From Vicinamibacterales bacterium (lineage in GTDB: Bacteria > Acidobacteriota > Vicinamibacteria > Vicinamibacterales > JAMQPK01): a stretch of 64,000 nt of DNA. Shown here piece by piece: positions 8,082 through 17,111 of the stretch; position 1 is the stretch's first letter; each line of letters begins with the position of its first letter. The notes under the pieces are model-generated. The model saw only the letters and a list, made by a program, of their open reading frames with translations. It searched no databases and was not told where the DNA came from. The stretch covers positions 24,666-88,665 of the forward strand of contig CAVUTO010000020.1 of assembly GCA_963744405.1 (NCBI GenBank). Direction: 5' to 3'. Position numbers and translations under genes: made by a program.

Positions 8082-8914
8082 CCGGGTTGTTCAGCCCGTC
8101 GAGCCGCAGGACCATGCAGGCGACGGCGACGCTGGCGTTACCCTCGCCGCGGCGGTCGCTGCGCATGGTGCAGCGCAATCTGTTGGTCTACAAACACACA
8201 TGGATGGTGATCGTATCGGGGTTCTTCGAGCCGCTGTTCTATCTGCTCGGCATCGGTCTCGGTCTCGGGTCGATGGTCCCGCCAATCGACGGCGTAAGCT
8301 ACAGCGCTTTTGTCGCGCCGGGCCTGCTCGCGTCGAGCTGCCTGAACGGGGCCATTACTGACGGGTTTTTCAACATCCACTTCAAGCTGTACTTTCAGAA
8401 AACCTACGACGGCATCCTGGCCACACCCATGCGCGTGGGCGACGTGGTGTTCGGTGAGATGTTGTGGGCGCTCGGGCGCGGGTCGCTGTATGCAGCAGCC
8501 TTTCTTGCGGTGGTCTTGATGATAGGCCAGGTATCTGGACGACCGATGCTGCTCTCGCCGTGGGCGCTCCTGGCGTGGCCGGCAGCGGTGCTCGCCGCGT
8601 CTGCGTTTTCGGCCATGGCAATTTGTTTGACCACGTTTGCGCGCAAGGTGCAGGACTTCGACACCGTGATGGGCTTGCTCGTGATGCCGATGTTTCTCTT
8701 CAGCGGCATCTTCGTTCCTGTCACGCAGTTTCCGCTTCCCGTTCAGTGGATCGTGCGGGCGACGCCGCTGTACCACGCGGTCGGCCTCCTGCGACAGCTT
8801 ACAACCGGCAGCGTCAGCATCGCCATCGTCGAGCATCTGGCCTATCTCGCGGTCGCGGGGTTCATCGCATTCTGTGTCGCGCTGTACAGGCTGGAGCGAA
8901 CATTGATCAAGTGA
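8078..8914 (+). CDS. ABC-2 type transporter permease (second)
   Basis: GTG 8078 overlaps the previous stop (GTGA). Contains RMVQRNLLVYKHTWMVIVSGFFEPLFYLLGIG. Alternative ATG near 8114. Confidence 0.85.
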   Translation: MTGLFSPSSRRTMQATATLALPSPRRSLRMVQRNLLVYKHTWMVIVSGFFEPLFYLLGIGLGLGSMVPPIDGVSYSAFVAPGLLASSCLNGAITDGFFNIHFKLYFQKTYDGILATPMRVGDVVFGEMLWALGRGSLYAAAFLAVVLMIGQVSGRPMLLSPWALLAWPAAVLAASAFSAMAICLTTFARKVQDFDTVMGLLVMPMFLFSGIFVPVTQFPLPVQWIVRATPLYHAVGLLRQLTTGSVSIAIVEHLAYLAVAGFIAFCVALYRLERTLIK

Positions 8915-8931
8915 TGCTGAACGCGCCTGCA

Positions 8932-9150
8932 CCAGTATTTGCTGTCTCGACACAGAGGCACGGAGCCGCAGAGAAATTCATGTCTCGTTAGTGCATCGAC
9001 CTCGTGGGCCGCGAACGCGGCCCACGCCGCGCGAAGAAGGCGTGACGAATACAAGAGCCACCCGTGCAAACGACTCTTGATATTCGTCACGCCTTCTTCG
9101 CGCGGTGCGCCATGGCGCGAGGTCGATGCTCGCCTCTGTGCCTCTGTGTC
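8932..9150. repeat. Nested palindromic element E1 (four-way-junction-like core 8993-9129)
   Basis: - Conserved 26-mer CCAGTATTTGCTGTCTCGACACAGAG at 8932-8957.
- Stem A 8993-9004 / 9118-9129.
- Side hairpins 9006-9023 and 9107-9118.
- Central stem about 9029-9057 / 9074-9104.
- Outer stem 8949-8965 / 9134-9150. Confidence 0.8.
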
Positions 9151-9162
9151 AAAGTACAACCG

Positions 9163-9864
9163 ATGTTGTTTCTGATTATCGGTGTAGCGGTGACGGCCCT
9201 CGCCCACATGTGGCCGGCGCCGTTTGTCATCGATTGGATGGCTGGCGATCGCGCCGTGTGGGCCATGCCGCGAACAGATAAGCCGACGGTGTATCTGACG
9301 TTCGATGATGGACCGAATCCATCGACGACCCCCGATCTGCTCGACGTTCTAGCCGCCGAGGGCGCGCACGCGACGTTCTTCGTCATCGACGAGCATCTGC
9401 ATGACGAGACCGCGCCCATCGTGAGGCGCGCGTTCGAAGAGGGGCATGCTGTCGCGCTCCATTCATCGACGCGGCGCCCGATGCTGATGACTCCGAAAGA
9501 GCTCGGGCGCATGCTCCGCGCCGCTGCGGACCGCATCGAGATGCTCGCAGGCGGTACGCCGTGCCGGGCGTTCAGGCCGCATGCCGGCTGGCGAAGCGGG
9601 CAGATGTACATCGGACTCCGGGAGGCGGATTACCAGCTGATCGGGTTCGGCTGGATGCTGTGGGACTTCAACTGGTTCCGCGCGCGAAGCGCGGACAGTT
9701 CGGTCCGACGTATTGCTCCGCGCGTCTCCGACGGCGACATCATCGTGATGCACGATGGTGATGAATCAGCGCCGACACGAGACCAGCGCCATACGGTGGA
9801 TACCGTCAGACGGCTGATTCCGCAGCTCCGTGCACGGGGATTTTCGTTCGGGACCGTGTGTTGA
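9163..9864 (+). CDS. Polysaccharide deacetylase (NodB homology domain)
   Basis: Motifs TVYLTFDDGPNP, ATFFVI and HSSTRRP. Start moved to ATG 9163 (MLFLIIGVAV, TM anchor) because table ORF start 9064 lies inside palindromic element E1. Confidence 0.85.
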   Translation: MLFLIIGVAVTALAHMWPAPFVIDWMAGDRAVWAMPRTDKPTVYLTFDDGPNPSTTPDLLDVLAAEGAHATFFVIDEHLHDETAPIVRRAFEEGHAVALHSSTRRPMLMTPKELGRMLRAAADRIEMLAGGTPCRAFRPHAGWRSGQMYIGLREADYQLIGFGWMLWDFNWFRARSADSSVRRIAPRVSDGDIIVMHDGDESAPTRDQRHTVDTVRRLIPQLRARGFSFGTVC

Positions 9865-9879
9865 CGCTGGGACAGGCCT

Positions 9880-10524
9880 TCAGGCCCGTCCGGCCGCGGT
9901 GCGGCGCATCGACATCCAACGAAGCGAGAGCCCCATCGCGCAGCCCAATGCCACAAGCGACGGGGCCGCCAGCCACGGGCGCGAGCCCCCGTAGATGAGC
10001 GGAAAGTGATTGCTGATCATGAACAGCATCACCGCAGGTGCGATGATCGCGTTGTGGACGATGCGTTGCGGCCGCTGGTTGGTGTTGTTGAGCAGGATGC
10101 TGCCGAGCGTCCCGCCGAGATGGATGAAGACGGCGCGTCCCGTCATGAATTCGGCCAGCCCCTGGGCGATCGCGCCGACGAGAACCAGCGAGACGATAGT
10201 GGCCGCAGTTGGGCGTTGCGCCAGCAGGGTCCAGACCGCGTCGTAGAGGAGCCAGGTGAGCAACAGCACGGCAATCGCTACGCCCAACGCCATCCCCCAC
10301 GACTGGTCGGGCGTCGTAAGCGCTCCGCCCGCATAGTAGACGACGATAAGAAGCGCGAACCCGGTGAGCCATGCGACCCCGGCCCAGGCGCGCATCCAGG
10401 TATCCGCCGCCTGTTGAGGTGCGCCCTCGGCGAACGCCAGAGTCCAGATCTGTCCGATCCAGAGCACGGCGGCTACCACATGCAGCCAACGAAACAGCAG
10501 GTGGTGCAGCTCCCCGATGTCCAT
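9880..10524 (-). CDS. Integral membrane protein (N-terminal HHLLFRWLHVVAAVLWIG motif, PuuD/CopD-like)
   Basis: Multi-pass hydrophobic ORF. Start set to ATG 10524 so it does not overlap the divergent tldD. Functional assignment is weak. Confidence 0.6.
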   Translation of the reverse strand: MDIGELHHLLFRWLHVVAAVLWIGQIWTLAFAEGAPQQAADTWMRAWAGVAWLTGFALLIVVYYAGGALTTPDQSWGMALGVAIAVLLLTWLLYDAVWTLLAQRPTAATIVSLVLVGAIAQGLAEFMTGRAVFIHLGGTLGSILLNNTNQRPQRIVHNAIIAPAVMLFMISNHFPLIYGGSRPWLAAPSLVALGCAMGLSLRWMSMRRTAAGRA

Positions 10525-10559
10525 GCCAACGTTAGACGTATACTGACGAACTGGGTTCC

Positions 10560-12062
10560 ATGACAACGCGCGCCGTAGACGCCGACTTTCTCTCGCTGCC
10601 CCTCGATCGCCTCGCCGACGTTGCTCTGCAGATCGCCAGTCAGCGCGGCGCCACGTACGCCGACTTCCGCGTCGAGCGCCTTCGCAGTCACATCATCGTC
10701 GCACGCGATCGAGAGCTGCAGACGTCGGTCGAGAGCGAGACGGTAGGGTTCAGCGTGCGCGTCGTCGCGAAAGGCGCGTGGGGGTTCGCCGCGGGCATCG
10801 ATCTGACGACCGAGGCTGTGTCCGCCGTCGCGAGGCGTGCCGTCGAAGTCGCGGAAGCGCTCTCGCCGCTCAACACCGAGCCCGTTGTGCTGGCCGGCGA
10901 GCCCGTCTACAACGACACTTACGTGTCGAGCTACGAAATCGATCCCTTCGCTGTTCGCGAAGATAAGAAGATCGATTTTCTGCTCGCACTCAACGATCGC
11001 GCGCTCGCATCGAAATTGATCGACCGCGTCACCTCGCATGTCATGCTGGTCCGCGAGCAGAAATACCTGGCCTCTCTTGCGGGGTCGCGCATCGTCCAGC
11101 AGCGTGTTCGCGTGAAAGGGGACCTGACCGCCGTGCGCATCGACAAGGCCACTGGCGCCTTCGAGACGATGGGAAACGCGGCGCCGCCGGCCGGGAAGGG
11201 ATGGGAGTACTTCACGACGGGGTACGACTGGGAAAAGGACGCCGACGAGATTCCGTCGCTGTTGGAGCAGAAGATGGCGTCGCCCTCCGTCAACCCAGGC
11301 CGTTACGACATCGTCGTCGATCCGACCAACTTATGGCTCACGATTCACGAGTCGATTGGCCACTCGACCGAGCTCGACCGCGTGCTCGGATACGAGGCGA
11401 ACTACGCGGGCACATCGTTCGCAACGCTCGATAAACTCAACACTCTGCAATTCGGCGCGCCGATGATGCACGTGACGGGTGACCGCCAGGTCGAACATGG
11501 GCTGTCCACCGTCGGCTATGACGACGAGGGAGTGGCGGCGCAGACGTGGGATATCGTCCGCGACGGCGTGCTCGTAGGCTACCAGCTCGATCGGCAGATG
11601 GCGCACAAGCAGGGATTCGGGCGTTCCAACGGCTGTGCGTTCGCCGATCAGGCCGGCCGAGTGCCGTTGCAGCGCATGCCGAATGTGTCGTTGAGCGCCG
11701 GCGCCGAGCCCACTACGCTGACCGACCTCCTGTCGCGCATGGGCGACGGGCTCTACATCGTCGGCGACAAGAGCTGGTCGATCGACATGCAGCGCTATAA
11801 CTTTCAGTTCACGGGGCAGAAGTTCTTTCAGGTGCGCGGCGGAAAAGTCGTCGGGCAGGTCAAGGACGTGGCGTATCAGTCGCGCACGACTGATTTCTGG
11901 AACTCCATGGAAGCAGTTGGCGGGCCGTCGACCTACGTGTTGGGTGGCGCGTTCAATTGCGGCAAAGGTCAGCCCGGTCAGATCGCACCCGTCTCGCACG
12001 GGTGTCCTGCCGCGCTCTTTCGGCAGGTCAACATCCTCAACACCGCGCAGGAGGGGTCCTGA
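10560..12062 (+). CDS. tldD: Metalloprotease TldD (peptidase U62)
   Basis: 500-aa ORF with HESIGHSTELDRV (HExxxH) and overall TldD-like sequence. Followed by the partner PmbA gene. Confidence 0.92.
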   Translation: MTTRAVDADFLSLPLDRLADVALQIASQRGATYADFRVERLRSHIIVARDRELQTSVESETVGFSVRVVAKGAWGFAAGIDLTTEAVSAVARRAVEVAEALSPLNTEPVVLAGEPVYNDTYVSSYEIDPFAVREDKKIDFLLALNDRALASKLIDRVTSHVMLVREQKYLASLAGSRIVQQRVRVKGDLTAVRIDKATGAFETMGNAAPPAGKGWEYFTTGYDWEKDADEIPSLLEQKMASPSVNPGRYDIVVDPTNLWLTIHESIGHSTELDRVLGYEANYAGTSFATLDKLNTLQFGAPMMHVTGDRQVEHGLSTVGYDDEGVAAQTWDIVRDGVLVGYQLDRQMAHKQGFGRSNGCAFADQAGRVPLQRMPNVSLSAGAEPTTLTDLLSRMGDGLYIVGDKSWSIDMQRYNFQFTGQKFFQVRGGKVVGQVKDVAYQSRTTDFWNSMEAVGGPSTYVLGGAFNCGKGQPGQIAPVSHGCPAALFRQVNILNTAQEGS

Positions 12063-13420
12063 CCCTCCAGGAAACCATCGATCGAGTCCTGCGCCTGTCT
12101 AAAGCGGATGGCTGCATTGTCATCGGACGCCGGGTTGCGAGCGTCAATATCCGCTGGGCGCACAACACGGTGACCACCAACGGCGATGCTGATGAAGCGC
12201 AGTTGTCGGTGGTTTCGATCGCAGGCCGCCGCGTCGCGTCGGTGACGCGCACATACTTCCCGCCCGAGCGGCTGGAAGAAATCGTGCGCGAATCCGAAGC
12301 CGCGTGCGAGCGCCGTCCCGAGGCGCCCGACTATGTGCCGCTTCTCGCCGGGACGGGCGGCGGGAGCGACTGGCAGGCGCCTCCAGCCGATTCGGATATT
12401 CACGTGTTCGATCCGTTCGTGCCGCAGCTCCAGAAGTTGTACGAAGACGCGCGACGCGCCGACATCGCGACGTTCGGCTACTCGGAGTTTCAGACCGCGA
12501 CGACTTTCGTCGCCACTTCGACAGGGCTGAGGCGGCGGCATACCGAGCGCATCGGCAAGGTCGAGATCACCGGCAAAACGTCCGACTTCGCCCGGTCGTC
12601 GTGGGTTGGACAGATCACGCACGACTTTCTCGACATCAATTTGCGCGAGATGTTCGAGACGCTGCGCCAGCGCCTCGACTGGGCCGCGCGCAGCCTCGAG
12701 ATGCCGGCAGGCGCTTATGAAGTGCTGCTCGAGCCGTCTGCCGCCGCCGATCTCGCGATCGCCGCGTACTGGTTCATGACGCGGCGCGATGCCGACGAAG
12801 GGCGCAGCCCGTACTCGAGGCCGGGCGGCGGCACGCTCGTCGGCGACCGGCTTTTCGGGAATGTGAGCCTGTATTCGGATCCGGCTCATCCCGGCATCGA
12901 GGCCACGCCGTTTCATTACGGCGTCGACTCGGGGGGCGCTTCGTCGGTATTCGACAACGGGCTCGATCTCCGGCCTACTGAATGGGTGCGCGAGGGTGTG
13001 CTGCAGAATTTGATTACGCCGCGCTACTGGGCTGCGAAAGTCGGCGCGCCAACCGCGGTACCATACATCAACAATCTCATCTTCGAGGGCCGCGGGCCGT
13101 CGATGAACGAGATGATCGCCGAGACTTCCCGCGCGCTGCTCGTCACGTGTTTCTGGTACATCCGCACGGTAGATCCGCAGTCGGCGCTCGTCACGGGACT
13201 GACGCGCGACGGCGTATTTCTCATCGAGGGCGGGCGCGTGAAGGGCGCTGTCAATAACTTCCGTTGGAACATGAGCCCAATTGTGGCGTTGGCGCAGGCC
13301 ACACAGGTCGGGCGTAGCAGCCTGGCGCTCCCCCGAGAGCACGATGAGTTTCTCCGGTCGAAAGCGCCCGCGCTTCGCATCGAGCGTTTCAACATGAGCT
13401 CGGTCAGCGAGGCGAGTTAA
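12059..13420 (+). CDS. pmbA: PmbA/TldE family protein (peptidase U62 partner)
   Basis: In frame with table ORF 11957..13420. Proposed CTG start at 12059, 5 nt after AGGAGG and overlapping the tldD stop (CTGA). GTG 12002 and ATG 11957 are alternatives. Confidence 0.85.
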   Translation: MTLQETIDRVLRLSKADGCIVIGRRVASVNIRWAHNTVTTNGDADEAQLSVVSIAGRRVASVTRTYFPPERLEEIVRESEAACERRPEAPDYVPLLAGTGGGSDWQAPPADSDIHVFDPFVPQLQKLYEDARRADIATFGYSEFQTATTFVATSTGLRRRHTERIGKVEITGKTSDFARSSWVGQITHDFLDINLREMFETLRQRLDWAARSLEMPAGAYEVLLEPSAAADLAIAAYWFMTRRDADEGRSPYSRPGGGTLVGDRLFGNVSLYSDPAHPGIEATPFHYGVDSGGASSVFDNGLDLRPTEWVREGVLQNLITPRYWAAKVGAPTAVPYINNLIFEGRGPSMNEMIAETSRALLVTCFWYIRTVDPQSALVTGLTRDGVFLIEGGRVKGAVNNFRWNMSPIVALAQATQVGRSSLALPREHDEFLRSKAPALRIERFNMSSVSEAS

Positions 13421-13498
13421 TCGTCACTTCATTGGAAGATTGCTAGATTCGCAGATTGGAAGATTGTTTCCAGATTGAGGATTGCCTGATTGCAGATT
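13421..13498. repeat. Simple repeat (TTGGAAGATTG / CAGATTG type)
   Basis: CATTGGAAGATTGCTAGATTCGCAGATTGGAAGATTGTTTCCAGATTGAGGATTGCCTGATTGCAGATT fills the pmbA-adh spacer. Confidence 0.75.
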
Positions 13499-14688
13499 AT
13501 GACGGATATACGCGTGCTTACGGGCGACGGTTCGATCGATCGGCTTGGCGCGCTGGCAAAGGAACTGGGGTTTTCGCGGACGTTGCTCGTCGCCGATGCG
13601 GGGCTTGTCAGGGCCGGGCATCTCGAGCACGCGCACGCGTCGCTCGAGGGGGCCGGCGTGAACGCGCTCGAGTTCAGTGACTTCGGACCGAACCCGGATG
13701 CCGACATGCTCAATGCGGGCCGGCGCTACGCGGCAGGTAAGGGCATCGACTCGATCATTGGCCTGGGGGGCGGCAGCTCGCTCGACTGTGCCAAAGGGAT
13801 CAACTTTCTGCTGACGCAGGGGGGAGTCATTCACGATTTCCAGGGATACGCGAAAGCGACGAAGCCGATGTTGCCGATGATTGGCGTGCCGACGACTGCG
13901 GGTACGGGCAGCGAGGCGCAATCCTACGCCATCATTTCCGATCCCGCCACGCACAGGAAAATGGCGTGCGGCGATCCGAAGGTGGCATTCCGCGCGGTCA
14001 TCCTCGACCCGCGTCTCACGTTGACGCAGCCCGCATCGGTGACGGCTGCCGCCGGCTATGACGCCATCGCGCACGCGGTGGAAAGCTTCGTCTGCACGAA
14101 GCGGAATCCGCGATCGCAGGAGTTGTCGCTCGAAGCGTGGCGGCTGCTCGAGAGGAACTTCGAGCGCGTCGTTGCGGCGCCCGACGATCTCGAGGCTCGG
14201 GCCGCCATGCAATGGGGAGCGTTTTATGCCGGTACGGCGATCGAACTCTCGATGCTCGGCGCGACCCACGCCTGCGCAAATCCGCTAACCGCGCGGTACG
14301 GCACCACACACGGCAACGCCATCGCAATCCTGCTTCCGCACGTCGTCCGGTGGAATGCCGAGGCCGCAGAATCGCTGTACGCCGACCTGCTGCGTGTGTC
14401 GACCGCCCCCAGCGCCCCCAGCGCCCCCAGCGCCCCAGCGCCCCTAGCGCCCCCAGCGCCCCTAGCGCCCCCAACGCCCCTAGCGCCCCCAACGCGTGGG
14501 CGCTTGCCACGCGCCTGTCACAGCTCGCGTCCGCTGCCGGATTGCCGCGGACACTCGCCGACGCGGGCGCCTCTGCAATCGACCTCCCGGCGCTCGCCGG
14601 CGAAGCGGCCGGGCAGTGGACCGGCACGTTCAATCCGCGCCCATTCGACACGAAAGGGGCGCTGGAGATTTATCAATGCGCACTCTAG
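13499..14688 (+). CDS. Iron-containing alcohol dehydrogenase, frameshifted inside a 9-bp tandem repeat (possible pseudogene or indel error)
   Basis: - N-terminal 300 aa (GLGGGSSLDCAKG, Fe-ADH fold) lie in the frame of table ORF 13490.
- The conserved C-terminus (LATRLSQLASAAGLPRTLADAG..NPRPFDTKGALEIYQCAL) is in the frame of ORF 14137..14688.
- The switch is at the C-run 14433-14436. Confidence 0.85.
14404..14492 (+). repeat. Tandem repeat, 10 units of CGCCCC(C/T)A(G/A), encoding (SAP)n
   Basis: Units read directly: three CGCCCCCAG, one 8-nt CGCCCCAG at 14431-14438, then CGCCCCTAG/CGCCCCCAG/CGCCCCCAA alternating to 14492. Confidence 0.95.
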
Positions 14689-15816
14689 TCTGCGCCGCGT
14701 GTGCTGTCCTGTTGATACCGATGTTCGCAGGGGGCAACTCAAGTTGCGCACTACCGTCGGATACCGTGATTGCGCAACAACAAACGTCGTGGCCGCAGTT
14801 CCGCGCGAATCCACAGCTGACGGGCATCGCCTCATCGTCGCTGGCGCCGGCACTCAAGGTGATGTGGACGTTCGATGCCGGCGAGGCCATCGAGTCGTCT
14901 GCCGCGATCGCCGACGGTGCAGTTTACGTGGGATCGGCGGCGGGAGAATTGATCGCGCTCGATTTCCAGACCGGCGCCGTGCGCTGGCGGTACAAAACGG
15001 CCGAAATCGGCGAGTCGTCTCCGACTGTGGCGAACGGCGTGGTCTACGTGGGCGATCTCACGGGCACGTTTCACGCCGTCGACGCGAAAACAGGAACGGC
15101 GCTGTGGACGTTCAAGACGATGGGTGAGATTCGATCGTCGCCGGTTGTGGTGGGGGACAAGGTGCTGATCGGATCTTACGATCGGTTTTTGTACGCGCTA
15201 TCGACTGCGAAGGGCACGGTCTCGTGGAAGGTCGAATTTCAGGGTTACGTGCACGCGACGCCATCGGTGCTCGACGGCATCGCATATGTTTCGGGCTGTG
15301 ACGAAACGTTCCGGGGCATCCGTGTGGCCGACGGACGCGAGGTGCTGAACGTGCCGATCGGCGCCTACATGGGCGCATCAGCGGCACTCGCGGGAGGTGC
15401 CGCATACGTCGGCACATTCGAGAACGAGGTAATCGGCATCGACATGAAGGCGCGCAAAGTGATGTGGACGTATCGGCACCCCGAGCGGTTGTTTCCGGTA
15501 CTATTCGTCGGCCGCGCTCAGCCAGGGACGGGTGATCCTCGGCGGGCGCGACAAGATGATTCATGCGTTGGACGCGCAAACCGGCAAGTCGCACTGGACG
15601 TTCATGACGAACGCGCGCGTGGAATCCTCTCCGGCGGTCGTTGGCAATCGCGTATTCGTGGGTTCGACCGACGGTCGCCTGTACGAGTTGGATCTGATGA
15701 AAGGGTCGAAGATTTCGGAGTTCGACGCCGGCTCAGCCATTACTGCATCGCCTGCCGTGGCGAATGGCCGTGTCATTTTCGGCACCCACGATGGCCGCTT
15801 GTATTGCCTCGGATAG
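14676..15816 (+). CDS. PQQ-like beta-propeller repeat protein P1, frameshifted near 15495-15498
   Basis: ATG 14676, signal peptide MRTLVCAACAVLLIPMFAG and SWPQFRANPQLTG. The frame of ORF 14496 reads to ..TYRHPERLFP. Continuation YYSSAALSQGRVILGGRDKMIHALDAQTGK is in the frame of ORF 15532..15816. Confidence 0.85.
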
Positions 15817-15852
15817 GCCTGAACGGTGACGCGATACGTCGAAAGGGTTTCC

Positions 15853-16356
15853 CTATGCCGCTGCGCGACGGCTTCGTCGCTGACGAGTCCGCGCGGCTTT
15901 CCTTGCGGCGGCCCTTCGTAGCTGTGGTCCCTTGGTCCGCGCCCCACGTCGCGCGGCAGCGCTACGCGACCGTGCCGATCGGTGGCGTGCGGCGCTTCTG
16001 GCCTGGCGAGCGAGCGCCTTTCGTGACGCCGCGCGATGGCCTTCACGTCTCAGCGCCCGCGAGACAGCGCGCGAGCGTCGTGCCGACGGACGGCCATGGC
16101 GTCGTGCCGCCCGCGTGGCGTACTTCGCACTTTGCTTCGTTGTGGCTTTCGCGCGGCGTGGCGGCGGAAGCTTGACACCGGCCCGGCGCGCCTTCGAGAG
16201 TCCGATGGCGATCGCCTGCTTCGTCGAACGGGCGCCATGCTTGCCCTCTCGGACGTGCTCGATTTCCTCGCGAACGTACTCTCCAGCCTGGGTCGACGGT
16301 GCCTTGCCCCTGCGCTTCGCGCTCGCCGCCCGTCGCCTCGTTGCCTTTTCCGGCAT
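15853..16356 (-). CDS. Small basic protein: conserved N-terminal module plus Arg/Ala/Lys-rich tail (DUF6496-like, from memory)
   Basis: N-terminus QAGEYVREEIEHVREGKHGARSTKQAIAIGLSKARRAGVKLPPP, followed by about 110 aa rich in R/A/K/S (histone-H1-like composition). Confidence 0.75.
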   Translation of the reverse strand: MPEKATRRRAASAKRRGKAPSTQAGEYVREEIEHVREGKHGARSTKQAIAIGLSKARRAGVKLPPPRRAKATTKQSAKYATRAARRHGRPSARRSRAVSRALRREGHRAASRKALARQARSAARHRSARSRSAAARRGARTKGPQLRRAAARKAARTRQRRSRRAAA

Positions 16357-16625
16357 GTTGTCCCCCCCTTACGCATTCCGCGGAATTGTCAGAGTCGCGC
16401 GGGCTGTCCCGTGTCTTTCGACCGTTTGTCCTCTTGTCGACTTCATGTAGTGCATGCAACTTGCATACATGTTGGACGCACACGAGGGATACACAGATAC
16501 GCACGGAATGAAGCACCGTTGTACTCCTACGAACGCTGTACAGCGAACCTTCGCGAATGCTGTACCGCGGGCGTGACTCTGCAGCTTAAAGAGATGCATG
16601 CATCGCGCCAGAGAGGAGACGACGT

Positions 16626-17111
16626 TCACAACGACGCGGACAGGCTGTAGAACCCGCCGATGATCGCTCCGTAGATCAGGTGTGCGGCGATCGTAACGGC
16701 GGGAGTCCGGTATCCATAGTTGAGCGCAAAGAACCCGGGAGGCTGCAGGCGGCGGTTCGGCGTCGGGCCGTAATACTCGCTCACCATCCTCGGATGAAAT
16801 CCTGGAATCAGTGGCATGCCCGCGGCCAGCACAAAGAGCGCATGTGCCAGCCCGATTCCTGCGCCGAGCCACCACGTCGTCCACCCAATGCTTTCGAGCA
16901 TCACCGCGTACAGAAACGCAAAGATCCATCCGTTGACCACGTGAAATGCGGTTCCGACGACGAGCGCCCGATCTCTATCGGCCGTCAGAATGGTGCCGAG
17001 GAGGAAAGGGATGCTGATGCGCGTGAGGCCGACACCGTGACTGATGGACATGACCGTGGTGAGTGCAACTGTCGCGACAAATCCCCACAGCAGGATGCTC
17101 GCGACATTCAT
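16626..17111 (-). CDS. Hypothetical integral membrane protein
   Basis: 161-aa ORF with about 4 hydrophobic helices. ATG overlaps the stop of the upstream GH15 gene (ATGA). Confidence 0.7.
   Translation of the reverse strand: MNVASILLWGFVATVALTTVMSISHGVGLTRISIPFLLGTILTADRDRALVVGTAFHVVNGWIFAFLYAVMLESIGWTTWWLGAGIGLAHALFVLAAGMPLIPGFHPRMVSEYYGPTPNRRLQPPGFFALNYGYRTPAVTIAAHLIYGAIIGGFYSLSASL

Noticed and set aside
8932-9150. Calling the palindromic elements E1-E3 mobile elements (MITEs).
   Set aside because: I could not identify a transposase, clear terminal inverted repeats with target-site duplications, or identical copies. Only the structure, the length and one 26-mer are conserved. Reported as structured repeats instead.
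6367-9864. NodI/NodJ-like ABC-2 exporter followed by a NodB-type deacetylase, as a possible Nod-factor-like lipochitooligosaccharide system.
   Set aside because: There is no NodC-type chitin synthase or NodA acyltransferase here. ABC-2 exporters and NodB-fold deacetylases are both very common. The two are separated by a 250-nt palindromic element, so co-function is unsupported.
14425-14445. Programmed ribosomal frameshifting in the ADH repeat, or at other frameshift sites.
   Set aside because: I see no slippery heptamer with a downstream pseudoknot. Similar one-base homopolymer changes hit many unrelated genes, so indel error or mutation is the simpler explanation.
14404-14492. Whether any of the tandem or simple repeats (14404-14492, 1944-2125, 50405-50482, and so on) could be a CRISPR array.
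   Set aside because: Units are 7-9 nt and directly abutting or degenerate. There are no unique 25-40 nt spacers between conserved 24-40 nt repeats, and no cas genes are present in the window.
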